This document shows positions 38,881 through 52,332 of a stretch of 64,000 nucleotides of DNA, one piece after another. The stretch is from the NCBI GenBank assembly GCA_010356995.1, contig ML996703.1, positions 558,001-622,000 on the forward strand, written 5' to 3'. The DNA is from Trichodelitschia bisporula. Its lineage: Eukaryota. The stretch's first letter is position 1, and every line of letters begins with the position of its first letter. Both the position numbers and the translations under genes were made by a program. The notes beneath the pieces are model-generated. The model saw nothing but the letters and a program-made list of their open reading frames with translations, was not told the DNA's origin and did not search any database.

Positions 38881-40931
38881 CTATCGGATGGGCAGCTCTG
38901 TTTCCTGGAGAGCACGGGTGCGGAGCGTGCTCAGGCGATCGTTCAGGCGCACAAGCAGAACGCCCTTACTCTGGAACCCGTTGATATCACACAAATGCAC
39001 GAATCGATATCCCGGCATCAGACGATCTAGGCGAATGCAAGACCAAGCAGCTTTCTCGTCGCGCCCGAGTTTGTCCTGCATCACCTTGAATCTGTGCGCC
39101 GTCAGGATCACTTGTCAGACTAAAAGTCTTTCAAGGACGAGACCATTGAGGACAAGGAGGCTCGGATCCCTTACCTGAGAAAACTCAACTCCCGGTCCAG
39201 CGCAGGGACGCCATCAAAGGTGATGATCTGACTTGCAAAACTTGGATGAATGCCCTTAACCGCCTTCGTCTTCGCTTTGAACTCCTCACTCTTGACGTGG
39301 CGACGAGCGTCTGGCAGTGTCTCGACATGCAACTCACACTTTACGTACGGACGTAAATCTTCAGGCTTGATTCCCTTCGGGACTGGAAGATCTTGCCCAG
39401 CAATGAACTCGATACTGAGAGATCCGGTTTGTTGGCCCGTTAGGCTGGCGACGGGTAAAGGCATAGAGGCGCTTCTGAACCTTTCCGGCTTGAGGACCCA
39501 CCCATCGCTATTCGAGAACATGGCATCGTTGAGCATCATGGAGCCGTCCAGCTTTTGCCAGTTGAGAGCAACCATCTGGACTCCTTGACGCCAGAAGGGG
39601 GCCGGGTCCAGATTAGACGACGAAACTCTCGTGCCTTTGGGGTACGTCCGCATGAAGTAATGCTTGTTGTGATTGAACAGTCCAATTGGGTCGGTCTTGT
39701 GTACTTCCATGAAGGCCTTTTCGGAAAGGGAGAAGACGTGAGTTGGGATTGTGGCCTCGGGTTGCGTCAGACTCTTGAAGTGACAACTCCTAGTGTAGAC
39801 GCCCAAACGGCTCAAGGCTTCCACGATCTTGCTAGGCTTGCTCTTGGGCTGATTGCTGCGTACTTTGCTGGTTTCATCATCCGAGTTGTTCTCCGAGGTG
39901 TCAGGAATTGACGCCCCGTTTTTGGATTCTTCGGTGGCTGACTTGGGAGGTGAGTATTTAACCTTGATTAAGATCTTATTCCTCAGTTGGTTGGGTGAGG
40001 GAAGCTCAGTGCATTCGTCAGGGTTATGGGGCAAGCTATCCGGTCCTAAGAGGATCCCCTTGAAGCACGTATTCATAATCTCAACCATAATTTCTTGCTG
40101 CTCGTGGCTGGTGTGAACCTCAAGGCTGAGGATGACGGGAAGATCCCTTCGGATTTTAGTTCCTGTGGCTGCTAACGAGCAGCGCTACTTACGAGGTGAC
40201 AAAGGCATTGTCGCGAATCGCTTCACACACTTGGCGAAAAGAGATCTCGCGCGTTGCAGTATACCCATGCAAGACGACAGGTTCACCCTGCGATAAGGTT
40301 TTCTTCAACTGGTTAGAACCTTTTTGCGGCGGCGGAGGAGCCTCTTCGTCGGACGACGATGACGACGATGGAGGTTGTCCATCCCAGACATCGATCTCAA
40401 CGCAACGTCCGCCGCGGAGAAGAACCTGGGAGCTTCAGTTTTGGTTCCATTCGGGGGAATTGCTGGTCTAGTGCTTACATTTCTGTATCCCTCGACAGTC
40501 GACTCCCCGTAGAGTTGATGGCCAGTGAGGTAAGTATTGTGACTTGATGAAATGAAGTAATTTGACATAGGATGATCGTAGTATGAGGGATCTCCGTTAG
40601 AGATCCTGGTCCAGTCCTGCGCGCTGCCCCACTCGGACGTCATGAACTCCAAGAAGCTATTGAACCCCTCCCCATCAGCGATGTCGAACGACCGCACATC
40701 CTCCTTTTGCACGTCCCGCAACCACTCCACTAAGCCCTGGCGCGTCGTGAGCTTGTACTGCGACTCGAGCTGATTGTAGATGACCCGCAGGGGATTTAAA
40801 ACTGCCGCTTCAAGTGTCTTCACTTGGAGGCCCGGTTGCGGGTGGCGCCACGGAGCTACCCCACCTCCCGCCTGCTTCGTCGCATCGCTAGACAGCTTCG
40901 GTAGAGCTGCGACGTCCTTTGGTTTCGGCAT
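38881..40931 (-). CDS. Phosphoinositide-specific phospholipase C (X, Y and C2 domains, short N-terminus); 4 exons
   Basis: [73 protein letters not shown] and PGYRFVHL. Confidence 0.93.
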
Positions 40932-42226
40932 GCCTCTGGTGCTGGGTGGGACGACAGGACAACTGAAGGAAGTGTGACTCCAATACCACGTCGAGGCTTG
41001 TGAAGGCTGAGCTGTACTCGGCGTGACTGCAGCCGCAAGCTTACGCTTGCGATGTAGCTTTTCAAAGGGAAGCGACGAGACGCGAACGGCTGTTCCCACG
41101 CCTTGCAGAGAGAGAGGAAGGGGAGGAATAATATGTGCAGAGTTTAGGCCAAAAGCCTAACGTCCTAATGAGACGGGCGAGGTGCAGTCCTCCAGCGATG
41201 AGCGCTCCTATGGTCACGTGCTGCAATCGCGGACAAACGACCTGCATCAATCGCCCTGCACTGTTGGTATCTGGAACTTACTGTTGAAAGTCCAGAGGCG
41301 ATAAGAACGAACACTTTGAAAGCAAAACTTATTCGGCACAATGCTCACCTATTGCCTCTACCCACCAGTGAAGTGCAAACAGTCAGCATCAAACGGAATG
41401 AACCAACTAACCTTATCATGTCAAGCCGGACCACCAGATCGTATCGTATCATTCACTAGAACTACGTAGTTTAGTCCGGGTCTGTCTATGGAAGAAGCTA
41501 CGGGCTACTCCTGGCCTTGACGTCATGTCAGGTGCTCCGTCCGAACCAACTGACAGCGTTTCCAGTTCCCAGTCCCAATTGGTCCCCCAGCCATGGTGCG
41601 GAACTTTGGAGCCCCCACATCGAGCCTGGCGTGGAGCTTTCAAAGAGGAGCTGAATATTCCTGAGTATATCTTAGGTTAAGGCGCACAGTATATAACCTG
41701 CAATTTGAAGGTCGTCTGGGTTGCAGGAAAGTGAACATCTCAGTTTCGTCCGGTCATTTTGAACCTCAAATTCGAACTCCGGGTTGCAGGGTGACTGGGT
41801 CGCCGATGACGATGAATTTACAGGGCTCCAACGAGCATAGCGTAATTCTCTGGGACAGGGCCAGACATTGCTTTGGATGTATACGCTCCGTAAAGCAATG
41901 GTCAACGAAAAGATAGCATGCAGCGACGTAGTTGACGTGCGACGTTTCGAGCGGCCGAGTGGGAGCATTTGAACAAGTCACACCCGTGTCAATTGACGCG
42001 ACATCCGAAGGTACAAGTGAAGATACGGTGGTTTATGCCGAGGGACGAGCGGCTGTGCTACAAGCAACTGAAGCTTGATGCAACATGTGAAAGTACCCAA
42101 GGCAAAAGAAAGATATGTTTAGGACTACGAACCCCAATCGACCGGTAGCCGAAGGACGTGCTGAAAGTCGTCCAGGTATGTCCAGGAGCTGGCTGGTTTC
42201 CTCCAACAATCCAATTAACTCCGATT

Positions 42227-43318
42227 CTAAAGTGACTTGAGGAAGAAGTGCTGCTCGGTGACATCCGTGACTTCGAATTCCATCCCGACTTCAACGTCGC
42301 CTTCCTCTCGTGGAGCGCACAACATCCCAAAACAGGGCTTGAAGGTAATGCCCCGGTCAATGCGTCTATAGCTCATGAGCGTATCCCAAGGCTGCTTCTT
42401 GTTCTTGACTCCGGTTTCCGGGTTCACATTAGGAACCTGGCATCTGGCACAGCGGCAGACGACATCCATGGTCACTCCTTCACGCTTCTTTTCAGTCTTC
42501 TCTCCACTGCCTCCAATGCGCAAAGTCTTCCACACATCCTCTCCCCAAGGCTCGTTACTCTCAACAATGATGTTCGGACGGAATCGCTCAATGCTCATCG
42601 GTTCCTCGCTCACTAGCTTCAGTCTCCGGTTCAGTTCGTCAATGCTCTTCTGGTTCGCCACCAGCACTGGCATCATGTCGGCGAACTTCGTGCTCTGGGT
42701 CCGTCCCAAGACCTTCGGCGCTCCGCTGCCGCGAAGAACCCGTGGGGACGGGCCCTTGTAAACGAGCCTGATGTCCTTGTCCAGGAATTTGCAAAATGGT
42801 GCCGCAAGGTCGGCCGCGTACGCCCAAGCGTCCGTTTTAGTACCCCATATTTCAACCTCCACCAATTCTGTATTCGCTTTGAGCCAGTCTTTCGACGGAT
42901 GTGCAGCGATCTTGACCTTCAAATCCGGAGCTCCGCTGATGCTGATCTCAAGCTCATCGTTCTCCGTAAGGGCCGTGTTGATGAGTGTCATAGCTGACAG
43001 TTGGCGAATAGTGAGGAACTTCCACGTTGTAGCATCCACAAACATCCAGTTTCGGTCAAGATCCAGTCCCGTTTTGAACACTTTAGCTTTCTGGACCACA
43101 ATGCCGCGGCATGACTTGATGGGGTAGACGCGGAGCTGTTTGACCTTGGTCGGCGGAGGCTTAGGAATATCAGAAGTGCTCGCGATCTGATGGGTGATAC
43201 GGGATTCAAAAAAGAACAGCAATGGTATGATGGTGATGGCGAAGAAAAAGAAAACGCGGATGAAGACGTTCCCTGCCGTGAATTCGACGTTGGTGAACAG
43301 TTCTGTGAGTGACCCCAT
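42227..43318 (-). CDS. MOSC-domain protein (mARC-like) with N-terminal membrane anchor
   Basis: LRVYPIKSCRG, DRNWM, FADMMPVL, IERFRPNIIV, CARCQVPNVNPETG and PCFGM; single exon. Confidence 0.92.
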   Translation of the reverse strand: MGSLTELFTNVEFTAGNVFIRVFFFFAITIIPLLFFFESRITHQIASTSDIPKPPPTKVKQLRVYPIKSCRGIVVQKAKVFKTGLDLDRNWMFVDATTWKFLTIRQLSAMTLINTALTENDELEISISGAPDLKVKIAAHPSKDWLKANTELVEVEIWGTKTDAWAYAADLAAPFCKFLDKDIRLVYKGPSPRVLRGSGAPKVLGRTQSTKFADMMPVLVANQKSIDELNRRLKLVSEEPMSIERFRPNIIVESNEPWGEDVWKTLRIGGSGEKTEKKREGVTMDVVCRCARCQVPNVNPETGVKNKKQPWDTLMSYRRIDRGITFKPCFGMLCAPREEGDVEVGMEFEVTDVTEQHFFLKSL

Positions 43319-43770
43319 TGTTGACTCTAATCATGAAGATCGCACAGAGCTGCTTAAGTACATAAAACCAGGCTTTGCGCAGCAAACAGAAAGCAGGGCG
43401 CTTATCGGAGGGAGGTTGGCAGGATGCATCCGCGATCCTTATACGTTGTGCGCTCAGACGCACTTGTTAAAGAGGTACAGCCGAGGGGGGCAAGACTCCC
43501 TGGTCGGCATCTGCCAAGAGTAAGCGGCGTAGCCCGATTAGGCAGCCGCTGTGGTATAGATGCTACATTTAGCTCATCGACTGAGGATTGTCATTGTACG
43601 TGAATAAAGAGAGCCTTCATTGCGTGGCTATCGATTTCAACCCCCTTCCAACTCCTTTCCCAACCTTATCCAACCTGTGGAATGTTACTTGTGTTCAAGC
43701 CCAAAAGGAGCGTCGCAAAATATGAACATGCGCCACAAAGGAATCAAGACAAAGCCTATAATTTAGGGTA

Positions 43771-45412
43771 TCATGCCTCCCACGCCTGTATCAATTTCTT
43801 GAGCCCCTCATCCATTGCTTGCCTCCCTTTTAGTGTTTTCCACACCTCATGCGGAGCTTGGTTGACGACAGACCAAGCCAGTAGGTTGTCAGTTATACGT
43901 GTTAGGTCCTCCTGCTTGTTCCCCCAGGTACTGTCACTACGAACTTTGATTCCGGAGCTGATTACGACCAAGGGAGTGTCCTTTGGTTGGATAGTGCGTG
44001 CCGATGAAATGTCGTTTTTGGTCAAAGATTCCGCGACGAGATTCTCTTGCAGCTGAGCCTTGATGAACTTTCCGTTCTGATAGGCAGATCTCCCATAGAC
44101 CCGGTCTTGCCTGGTCCTCCCCTTGAATAAGGCCCCGAGTACGCGTTCGATTCCCAATGGTGAGATGATTCCGTATCCCCAGAGAATGAAACCGCGGCCG
44201 GCGGAACCAATTCGACTGAGAAGGTCTTCATGAAGCGGATCGACCAGCATGATACCGGCCACATCACCGGAATGGGTGCTTGAAAAGATGCGTGACACGA
44301 TACTCCCATAGCCAGCCGAGACGAGAATCCATGGGCCCATCTCTCCTGTTTGGGCCAGTGCCTCAGCCAGCGCCGTCGCAGACATGGCAGCCGAATGAGG
44401 CGAAGGAGCGTTGTCGGACCAACCGTACCCCGGGCGATCCCAGTAACAGTATCGACCAATGGTCCGATTTCCCCAGGCGCTGTAAGCCCAACGTTCAAAG
44501 TCGTATTCCACGGGGTGCTCCCCAGCTTCTAGGAGCACTGTAGGCACCCGCTCGCCGTTGACCGTTGTGGCGTTCCCAACGCAGGCGAGGTGAACTTGAT
44601 ATTTGCCTCCATCCACAAAGATCCGCTTTCCAGGTACGGGAAGGGATGCGTCTCTGGCGCGTATTGTGAGAGTGGCCGTCATGAAGATGGTAATGATGAT
44701 GAAAATGACCAAGATGATGGTGGCGATTAGAACGGAGAGCCATTCCAAGAGTGTGCGCCGGGTCTCTGGACGCCCTGTGAGCCGCTCCTCCTCCTCTCGC
44801 TTTCCCCATGCCACCACTCTATCTGTGATGACACACCATATTGCCATCACAGTGGCCCAGATCACCGCCGCGATACCCACCCAGCCTTCTTCAGCTCTTG
44901 TGCGGCCAACTGCAACAATTATGATCATGTCCACGAGCAAAAAGCCCGCGACTATGGCCTGTGACACACGCATGGCTTTTGAGGGGCTAGTAAAGAAGAG
45001 GAGAGCGACCAGCAAGTTTCCGATTGTGAGGGTCGTGTAGGAGAAGTCGAAGAATCCGGAGCCGCGCGAATGCATCCCCGGCGGGGACACGAATATGGAA
45101 ACCAGCAGGAGTACCCACCAAAGGAAGGTGAGGGTGCAGAATAGGACAGTGAAGTAGCGCAGAAAACGGACCGTCCAAAGGTTGTATGGAGAAACCTGCG
45201 ATAGTCAGCTAAGAGCAGGAACTGATAGGTAGAAAGCATACAGCAGGGTCATCCGGGTCCAGATATCCATCTGAGTGCGGCGGTCGAGGCAAAAGTCGCG
45301 TGCGCTCATCAGGATCTCGATTCGGCGGTTCACTATGCGAACCTGGGTGTCGTTCGGGGTCCCGTTCATCTGTGTGGGGGTCGCTTCCCCTAGATTTCCA
45401 CAGTGAGACCAT
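43771..45412 (-). CDS. Integral membrane protein with C-terminal alpha/beta-hydrolase fold (yeast YNL115C-like); 2 exons
   Basis: DERTRLL, YLDPDDPA/VSPYNL, several TMs, WGKREEEERLTGRPETRRTL, YCYWDRPGYGWSDNAPSPHSA and APHEVW. Confidence 0.82.
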
Positions 45413-46128
45413 ATCAGCAGCACTGCACAGGTTGATCAGCGGCGCGCAGGTTGATTAAAATGCGGTATAAATATAACAAAAAGGCTACTGCTAGAAATCT
45501 GGGGATCTGTGAGCACAACGTTGCCTGTTTGTGAGGGGTTGAAGGCCCCTTGGGCTGTGGACCGACGCGCTACGTCATTGGCGTTTTCGCAATCAGCAGA
45601 CACAATGGGGTTGTCCACCTTCCGATGAGGTGCGGGGTTGGAAGCTAACAGTCGCCACCAGGACTGTACGGTGGCGGTATATGCATTGACATCGTACTTG
45701 GTGCTACGTCCTCAGAGCAAGCTAGAGCATGCCAATGCATAGCTACATAATGAGGTGCCGTCGCGATCGAGACACAAGCAGCTGCATCGCAGACAGGTGC
45801 CAGTGCCGAGGAGCGCCGCTGTGACCCTCTTAGGTCACATTCCTTTCACATATACTCTCCTACCACAGTAAGGCGAGTGGATTTGCGTTGGTGGTACCGT
45901 AAACATTGGAACAGAAGAAGACTTGCCAGTGAAAGCTTGTGACTGGATGCTTCCGGTCCGAGTTGACGGCCCGCAATGAAGCGACCACATTAGCCATTTT
46001 GAGTATGTCACGTGAAAATTGCTGCCACTTCACGCCTTCGCCAGACCCCATGGTAGAGCAATCTGTACCGTAACGTCGCATAGATCCAAATTGCCTTACT
46101 CAAAGATCCACGCAGATAGCATTTCGAA

Positions 46129-47302
46129 ATGAGCGATATTGTCAAATCCTTTGCTAAATCTCGACTTGCTGCGCTGCCACCAGAACCGCCGCTTCCGGAA
46201 GACCACGAAGATGATTCTTCATCGGCTTCGTCCGTATCATCAACGGGCACGGTGGTCCCTTCGGCAACACTGAAGCCGGCTGTGCCTTTGTCTTGGAGTG
46301 ATTTCTTTGCCCAGGAGCTTTATCTTGAAAGGCGGGTGGACAGCCCCCAATGTACGGCCAAATTCCATGTTTACATCACTCCTCCTTCAGCTCCCAAAGC
46401 CCCGCTCCTAATTCTCCACCATGGGGCCGGATCTTCAGCATTGTCTTTTGCGTTGTTTGCCCTCGAGTTGAAGAAAATGCTCCCCCAAGCGGGAATTTTG
46501 GCTGTCGAGGCTCGTGAGCACGGTTCGGTGGTGTGGGATGCGGGCGGGCAAGTTGACACCGACATGTCGATTGAAAACCTCAGCCGAGACATGCTTGACA
46601 TGGTGCTCCTGACCCGCGAGAAGCTAGGCTGGGAAGAGCTCCCTCGGATTCTCCTGGTCGGACACAGCCTTGGAGGTGCAGTCGTCACGCATGTTGCCAA
46701 ATCCGGGGAGCTGGGGGACAAACTGCTAGGCTACGCTGTGTTGGATGTTGTCGAGGGATCTGCCATGGATGCGCTGAAGAGCATGCGATCGTACCTGGCA
46801 ACCCGCCCACCGATGTTCAAGACACTCGATTCTGCAATCACCTGGCACATCCGTTCCCGAACTCTCCGAAACTCAGAATCCGCACGCGCGTCCGTCCCGT
46901 CGCTACTCGTCCAGACACCCACCGGCGGGTGGACGTGGCGGACGGATCTGACAAGCACCGAAGCATATTGGGAGAATTGGTTCAATGGCATGAGCCATAA
47001 ATTTCTCACAGCCAGAGGTGCGAAGCTCCTCATACTTGCTGGAACCGATAGACTCGACAAAGAGCTTATGATAGGACAAATGCAGGGTGTGTAACTACCA
47101 GCTCCCACTTCTTAGATACTGACATATCTTGATAGGCAAGTTTCAGCTTCAGGTTTTCCCCGCAGCCGGTCACTTTCTCCAGGAAGATCTCCCCGAAAAA
47201 ACCGCCGAAGCGATTGTCGAATTTTTCAGGAGGAACGATCGGAGCACTATCAAGCTGCCACCTAAAGTTTCCGAATTGCTGGCCCAAGGCAAAAAGGTGT
47301 AA
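46129..47302 (+). CDS. PPE1: Protein phosphatase methylesterase 1; 2 exons
   Basis: [52 protein letters not shown] and GHFLQED. Confidence 0.95.
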
Positions 47303-47415
47303 TTCTGACGCGCCACAATGACTGCGACACCTTCGGCAACCCCGTCTGAGTGAGCAATATAACGTTACCGAAGTATGTCCGTTGGAGGCAAGGCAACATC
47401 AGCTGCGCCGGACTC

Positions 47416-48369
47416 TCATCCATCAGTAGTGGCCGCTGCAGCGTCGTCCGGCTTGGGCTTCCGCTTGCGTTTCCTCTTCGCCTTGCCATCTGCTGTCGCT
47501 GAGTCTTGTGGAGCGTCCGAAGGCTGAGTGATTGAAGTCTTCGACTTTGGTGACGTGGCCTGCCCTGTAGGTTGGGCTGCACTATCCTCAGTCGCGGGGT
47601 TGGGGTCGAAGGGTGCGTCTCGGCGTTTGGGCTTCTTGACGCTCAATGGATTCGGGCCTTTGACTCCCTTCTTCGGCTTCTTGGTCGGCCGCGGAGCAGG
47701 AATGGGCGCATCTTGCGTTGGCACCCTAGCCGTAGAATCATCCTCATCATCGTGCTTCCTCTTGCCTAACGTGCTTTTATTATGACGCGGCACTATCCCC
47801 GCCCGGAATTTCTGATGCTCCAGCTGCTGCTTCACGCCCTCTGTCGCCTCTGCCATCGGCTCCATAATCATGACACTGCGGTTGATGTAGATAAGTGGCA
47901 CACCAGGTACTTGCCGCATGCGTGTCCGGACTTCCCGATCCTGGGTTGCGACGACGTAGCGGTGCTTGTTCGTATTTTTGCCATCAGGGTCGACCACCGA
48001 CTGGAGACACTCCAACGTGCTGAAGGGTTTCTCCAGAGTGTGATGATTGCAGCGGCGCCGCTCGTACCTCTTCGCTTGGTCGATCAAGGCAGGTACTTTG
48101 GGGTCGGCGGTGTACAGGTGTCGCATGGAGCATTGTGTGATCACTTTAACACGATTAGAGACTCAAACAGGAATGGGCTCATGGCACTTACTCGGCTTGA
48201 CCTTGCCGTGAAGAGTACGTTCCAAACCGCCGATGAGATCCATCTTAAAGCGGTCGGCATCTTGAAGAATCTGAGCGTCGAGCAGCACTTGGTATGGTTC
48301 ACGAAAGCCGAAGGCGAGTGAGTATTGGTGCATAAGCTTCCGATATTGCTTTGCGCGTTTGCCCCTCAT
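47416..48369 (-). CDS. UTP23: rRNA-processing protein Utp23 (PIN domain); 2 exons
   Basis: MRGKRAKQYRKLM...FGFREPYQVL, ITQCSMRHLY, RRRCNH, NKHRYVVATQD, PGVPLIY and KGPNPLSVKK. Confidence 0.95.
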
Positions 48370-49010
48370 GGTTGCGGCTTCACGAAGGTCAGTGGATTCT
48401 TCGAGGCGACGTCAGATGAGGTTGATGCTGTTGGCGTTTTCCCCCGAACAGATCTTCATGTGCCAGTTTTTTTTTGGGAAAGTCTCGAAGCACGGGCCAC
48501 ACCATGTGTCGGGTCGCCTGCGAAAGGGTGATAACTCCGTATACTCTGTATAATTTGCGCGCAGGGGCAACAATATGGACCCAGCCTGCCTGGCAGCCAA
48601 CCGTTCCAAAGCTGTCCAGCCGGACCGGAGCAAGTGCCAGTAACAAAGAGCTTGAAAACGGCTTCAAAGAGGCTAGAGCCCAAGGTCACTCAGAAAAGTC
48701 GTACATGCCCTACTAGGAGCAGTTTGCGGATGGGGCGGCCACGAGTTTCTTTTGGGTGGCCTTTGACTCTCTGCTAGGTGCCCCATATGGCGCTTCCCTC
48801 CCCCCACCGACCACGGCCCACCCTTTTTGTCCCACAATCCACGCGTCAGCCATCCACAACTGCTTCGGCGCACTTCGTTGCCGACGTTCACAGCTCCCGT
48901 ATATACAGCAACATTTGACATTCACCCCTTGACCACCATTGGCTTTGGCATTTTCCCCGCTTCCCGCGAGCAGCTCTAGCCAGCGTCCATGCGACTGCTC
49001 AGTACCCAGC

Positions 49011-52000
49011 ATGTCCGGCAAAGTTGCATCTGGCTCATCTCCACCGAGTGATCCGCAAAGCCCTCATGCGACAGTCCCACATATCACCAATCCCGAGAAA
49101 CCTCCTCATGCTACCAGCGAGGCGCCGGTTCTTGAGCTGGACGACTTTGGCCTTCCGATCCGCCCTGCCCCCAAGCGGCCTGCATACGACGAAGGCATCG
49201 AGCCTGAGGACACTTCGGCCGCGGAAGTGTCCGAACTGCCCTCCGATGGGTCCAAGGAATCATTCCATTCCACCTCATCCTCGCTGGCGAAAGAGTCACC
49301 CGATGCTGCCGTCGCGACGAAGGCCGAAGTTCCTCCAGCCAAGGAACATTGCTACGTCCCAGACACTTCAAGAGGGTCCGTCGCCAAATCCTTACCCCGC
49401 CCCTCGTCCGATGTCCAGCACGCGCAACTTCCATCCGAATGGTCGCACCAGCATGTTATTCAGGCGAGCAAGCTTCCTGAGCCTGTCGCGGAACCCGAAG
49501 ACGACGGGCAGTGGCAGGAGATGCCCGCATATGCGCCGTACGATATATACAATGACGACAATAAGTTGGTTGCTCGAGAGGCACCCGAGTTGGAAGAGGA
49601 GATGTTCCAATACGCAAACCTGGGAGGTGCTGCCAAAGGCTATACGCGGGTACAACTGGACGAGGATGCTCAGTCCGCAACCAGCATGGATGAAAACACG
49701 GCATACCTCTTCAAAGACCCAGGCACCAACGTTGCAGATGAGGATGAAGGCAGCAGAGATGTGCTATCGCAGATGCAGGCCACCAAGGATCTGCTCACCG
49801 AAGGACAGCGAATTGCTTATGTGAGCACGGTGCGCCTGGCGATGATACAAATGGAGAAGACGTTGGACAGTTTGGAAAAGACTCGCGGCTCGAAGAAGGC
49901 CGTCGCATCTGCGCTCGAGTCAATGAAGATGTGGAGTCAAAAAATCATGATCCGCCTGTACTCGCACATGGAAATTGAGTCGGCTGGTACGTATGGCATA
50001 TCAGAATCGTGCAGTATTGACGTTCAGCAGAGCAAATCATGATCGAGCAATTGGCAGTCCATGGACTAGAGCCCACGGATTTGACACCGACGTTGATGCA
50101 GAACGCCCGAGTGAAGAATCCAATTCGAGAGGAAGCCTCCTCTGGCCGCCCTTCTGTCTCATCGCCAACACCAGACGACCAGTTTGAGGGGCTGAAATCG
50201 CCAAAATCTCGGTCAAGCGTGAGCGTTGGTACGCCTCGTGGTGAAACACCGCCGCCCGCTTACGACAGCCATCCTGAAGGGGGCATGCCAGATGTGAAGA
50301 CACCCTCACAGCTCCCAAACACTCAAAACATCGATATTGATCTAAGATGGACCGTCCTGTGCGACCTTTTCCTCGTCTTGATTGCCGACTCAGTGTACGA
50401 CGCTCGTTCGAGAACATTGCTGGAGAATGTCGGTTTCTATCTGGATGTACCTTGGCTTGACATCTGCCGCTTTGAAAAGCGCGTGACGGATGCCTTAGAA
50501 ATGCAGGAAGCCGCGAGCAAGGAGAATTGGAACGAAGATGAGCACATGGAAACCCGAAAAAAGATGGACCGAAATAGAAGGCTTGTCATGATGGGGCTTG
50601 CTACTGTCGGTGGAGGCCTTGTCATTGGGCTGTCAGCGGGGCTTCTTGCACCCGTTATTGGGGCTGGGCTTGCAGCCGGTTTTACCACCATCGGTGTTGC
50701 AGGTACCGGAAGCTTTTTGGCTGGAGCTGGTGGGGCTGCGATAATTACAACAACGGGTGTAGTTACCGGTACGACAATTGGGGTAAGAGCTGGAGACAGG
50801 AGAACCGGAGCCGTCAAAACTTTTGAGTACCGGCCACTGCACAACAATAAGCGGGTAAATCTTATCGTCACTATCTCTGGGTGGATGACCGGTAAAATAG
50901 ACGATGTCCGTCTTCCCTACAGTACGGTGGATCCCATCATGGGCGACATCTACTCAGTTCACTGGGAGCCGGAAATGCTACAAAGCATGGGTCAAACGAT
51001 CAATATCCTTGCCACGGAGGCACTCACCCAAGGTTTGCAGCAGATTTTGGGTAGTACCATTCTGGTCGCTTTGATGTCTGCGCTTCAGCTTCCCATTGTG
51101 CTGACGAAGTTGGCGTACCTCATCGACAATCCCTGGACGGTCTCTATGGCACGCGCGGATTTAGCTGGATTGATTCTGGCAGACTCAATCATTGACCGAA
51201 ATCTCGGATCTCGCCCCATCACGCTTGTCGGCTTCTCCCTTGGTGCACGAGTCATATTTGCATGCCTGCGCGAGCTAGCCAAGCGGAAGCAGTATGGGCT
51301 TGTACAAAACGTGTACATGTTTGGAACACCAGTAGTAAATAGCAAAGATGAGTACATTCGGCTCAGGAGCGTGGTGGTTGGCAGGTTCGTTAATGGTTAT
51401 GCGACGAACGACTGGATTCTCGGTATGTGCACCTTCCTTTCCTTCTATGGCTGCTGACATTCACAGGCTACCTTTTCCGTGCCACTGGCGGCGGTGTAAT
51501 GCGTGTTGCGGGCCTTGCTCCCGTTAACATATCCGGCGTTGAAAATGTCAACTGCACCGAATGGGTCCCTGGACACATGTCCTATCGTCAGGCGATGCCC
51601 CGTCTCCTTCGCGAGGTCGGATGGACTGTTGAGAGTGATGAATTCACAGAAATCGAGGATCCTGATCCGGAAAACCACGAGAAGCGCCAACGCGAACTCA
51701 TCAACGAGATTGAAGAAGCCCGAAAAAAGCTTGCCGAGAAGCCGGACAAGAAGCGGTTCAACTTTTTCAGACGCAAGAAGGTCGAAAAGAAGGAGTGGGA
51801 GACGTATGACGAGTCCAGTCAACGTCATGATGAGCCGAATGGTGATCAGGATCCGAACGCGCAAAGCAGCGGCGTCCTGTTCGACATCGACGCAATCAAG
51901 GCCGAAATTGCCGAGTTTGCGGCGGAAGACATTCCTATCAAGCAACTGGAGTCGACCCTTCCGCCGATAAAGCTTACACTGGACGACAATGCTCCTTCAC

Positions 52001-52332
52001 TGAGGCCAACAAAAAGCTTCAATGACAGTGTGGCTTCGTCGGTCCCTCAGCGCGGTTCAATCCCATTAACTACCTCAACCTCTGCCCAGGGTGCATGTCG
52101 ATCTCATGATACCAAGGAACTAGAGGAAGACATCGGGATGACCATGACATTTGAAGTTCCCGAGCCCAAGGCAATGCGGGAGGAGGAGAATCGCTGGCCA
52201 GATCCCCTACCGGAGCGTCCGCCGCTCAGATTTGCAACCACCATGCCAGCCGTTGGGAATCCAGAACACAACGCATGGGCCGATGATGAAGAGTTTGTGC
52301 ATGGGCAGGAAGTGAAGATGACTTTTGAATAG
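49011..52332 (+). CDS. DUF726/TMCO4 (Mil1-like) alpha/beta-hydrolase-fold membrane protein; 3 exons
   Basis: DLLTEGQRIAYV, IDIDLRWTVLCDLFL..YDARSR, GLATVGGGLVIGLSAGLLAP, YLIDNPW and RPITLVGFSLGARVI. Confidence 0.9.

Noticed and set aside
47528..49824. Long alternative-frame and antisense ORFs over UTP23 and DUF726
   Set aside because: Shadow ORFs of GC-rich coding sequence with no independent features.
43771..52332. Three alpha/beta-hydrolase-fold genes within 9 kb as a functional cluster
   Set aside because: They belong to unrelated housekeeping families, are interrupted by UTP23 and share no visible sequence similarity.
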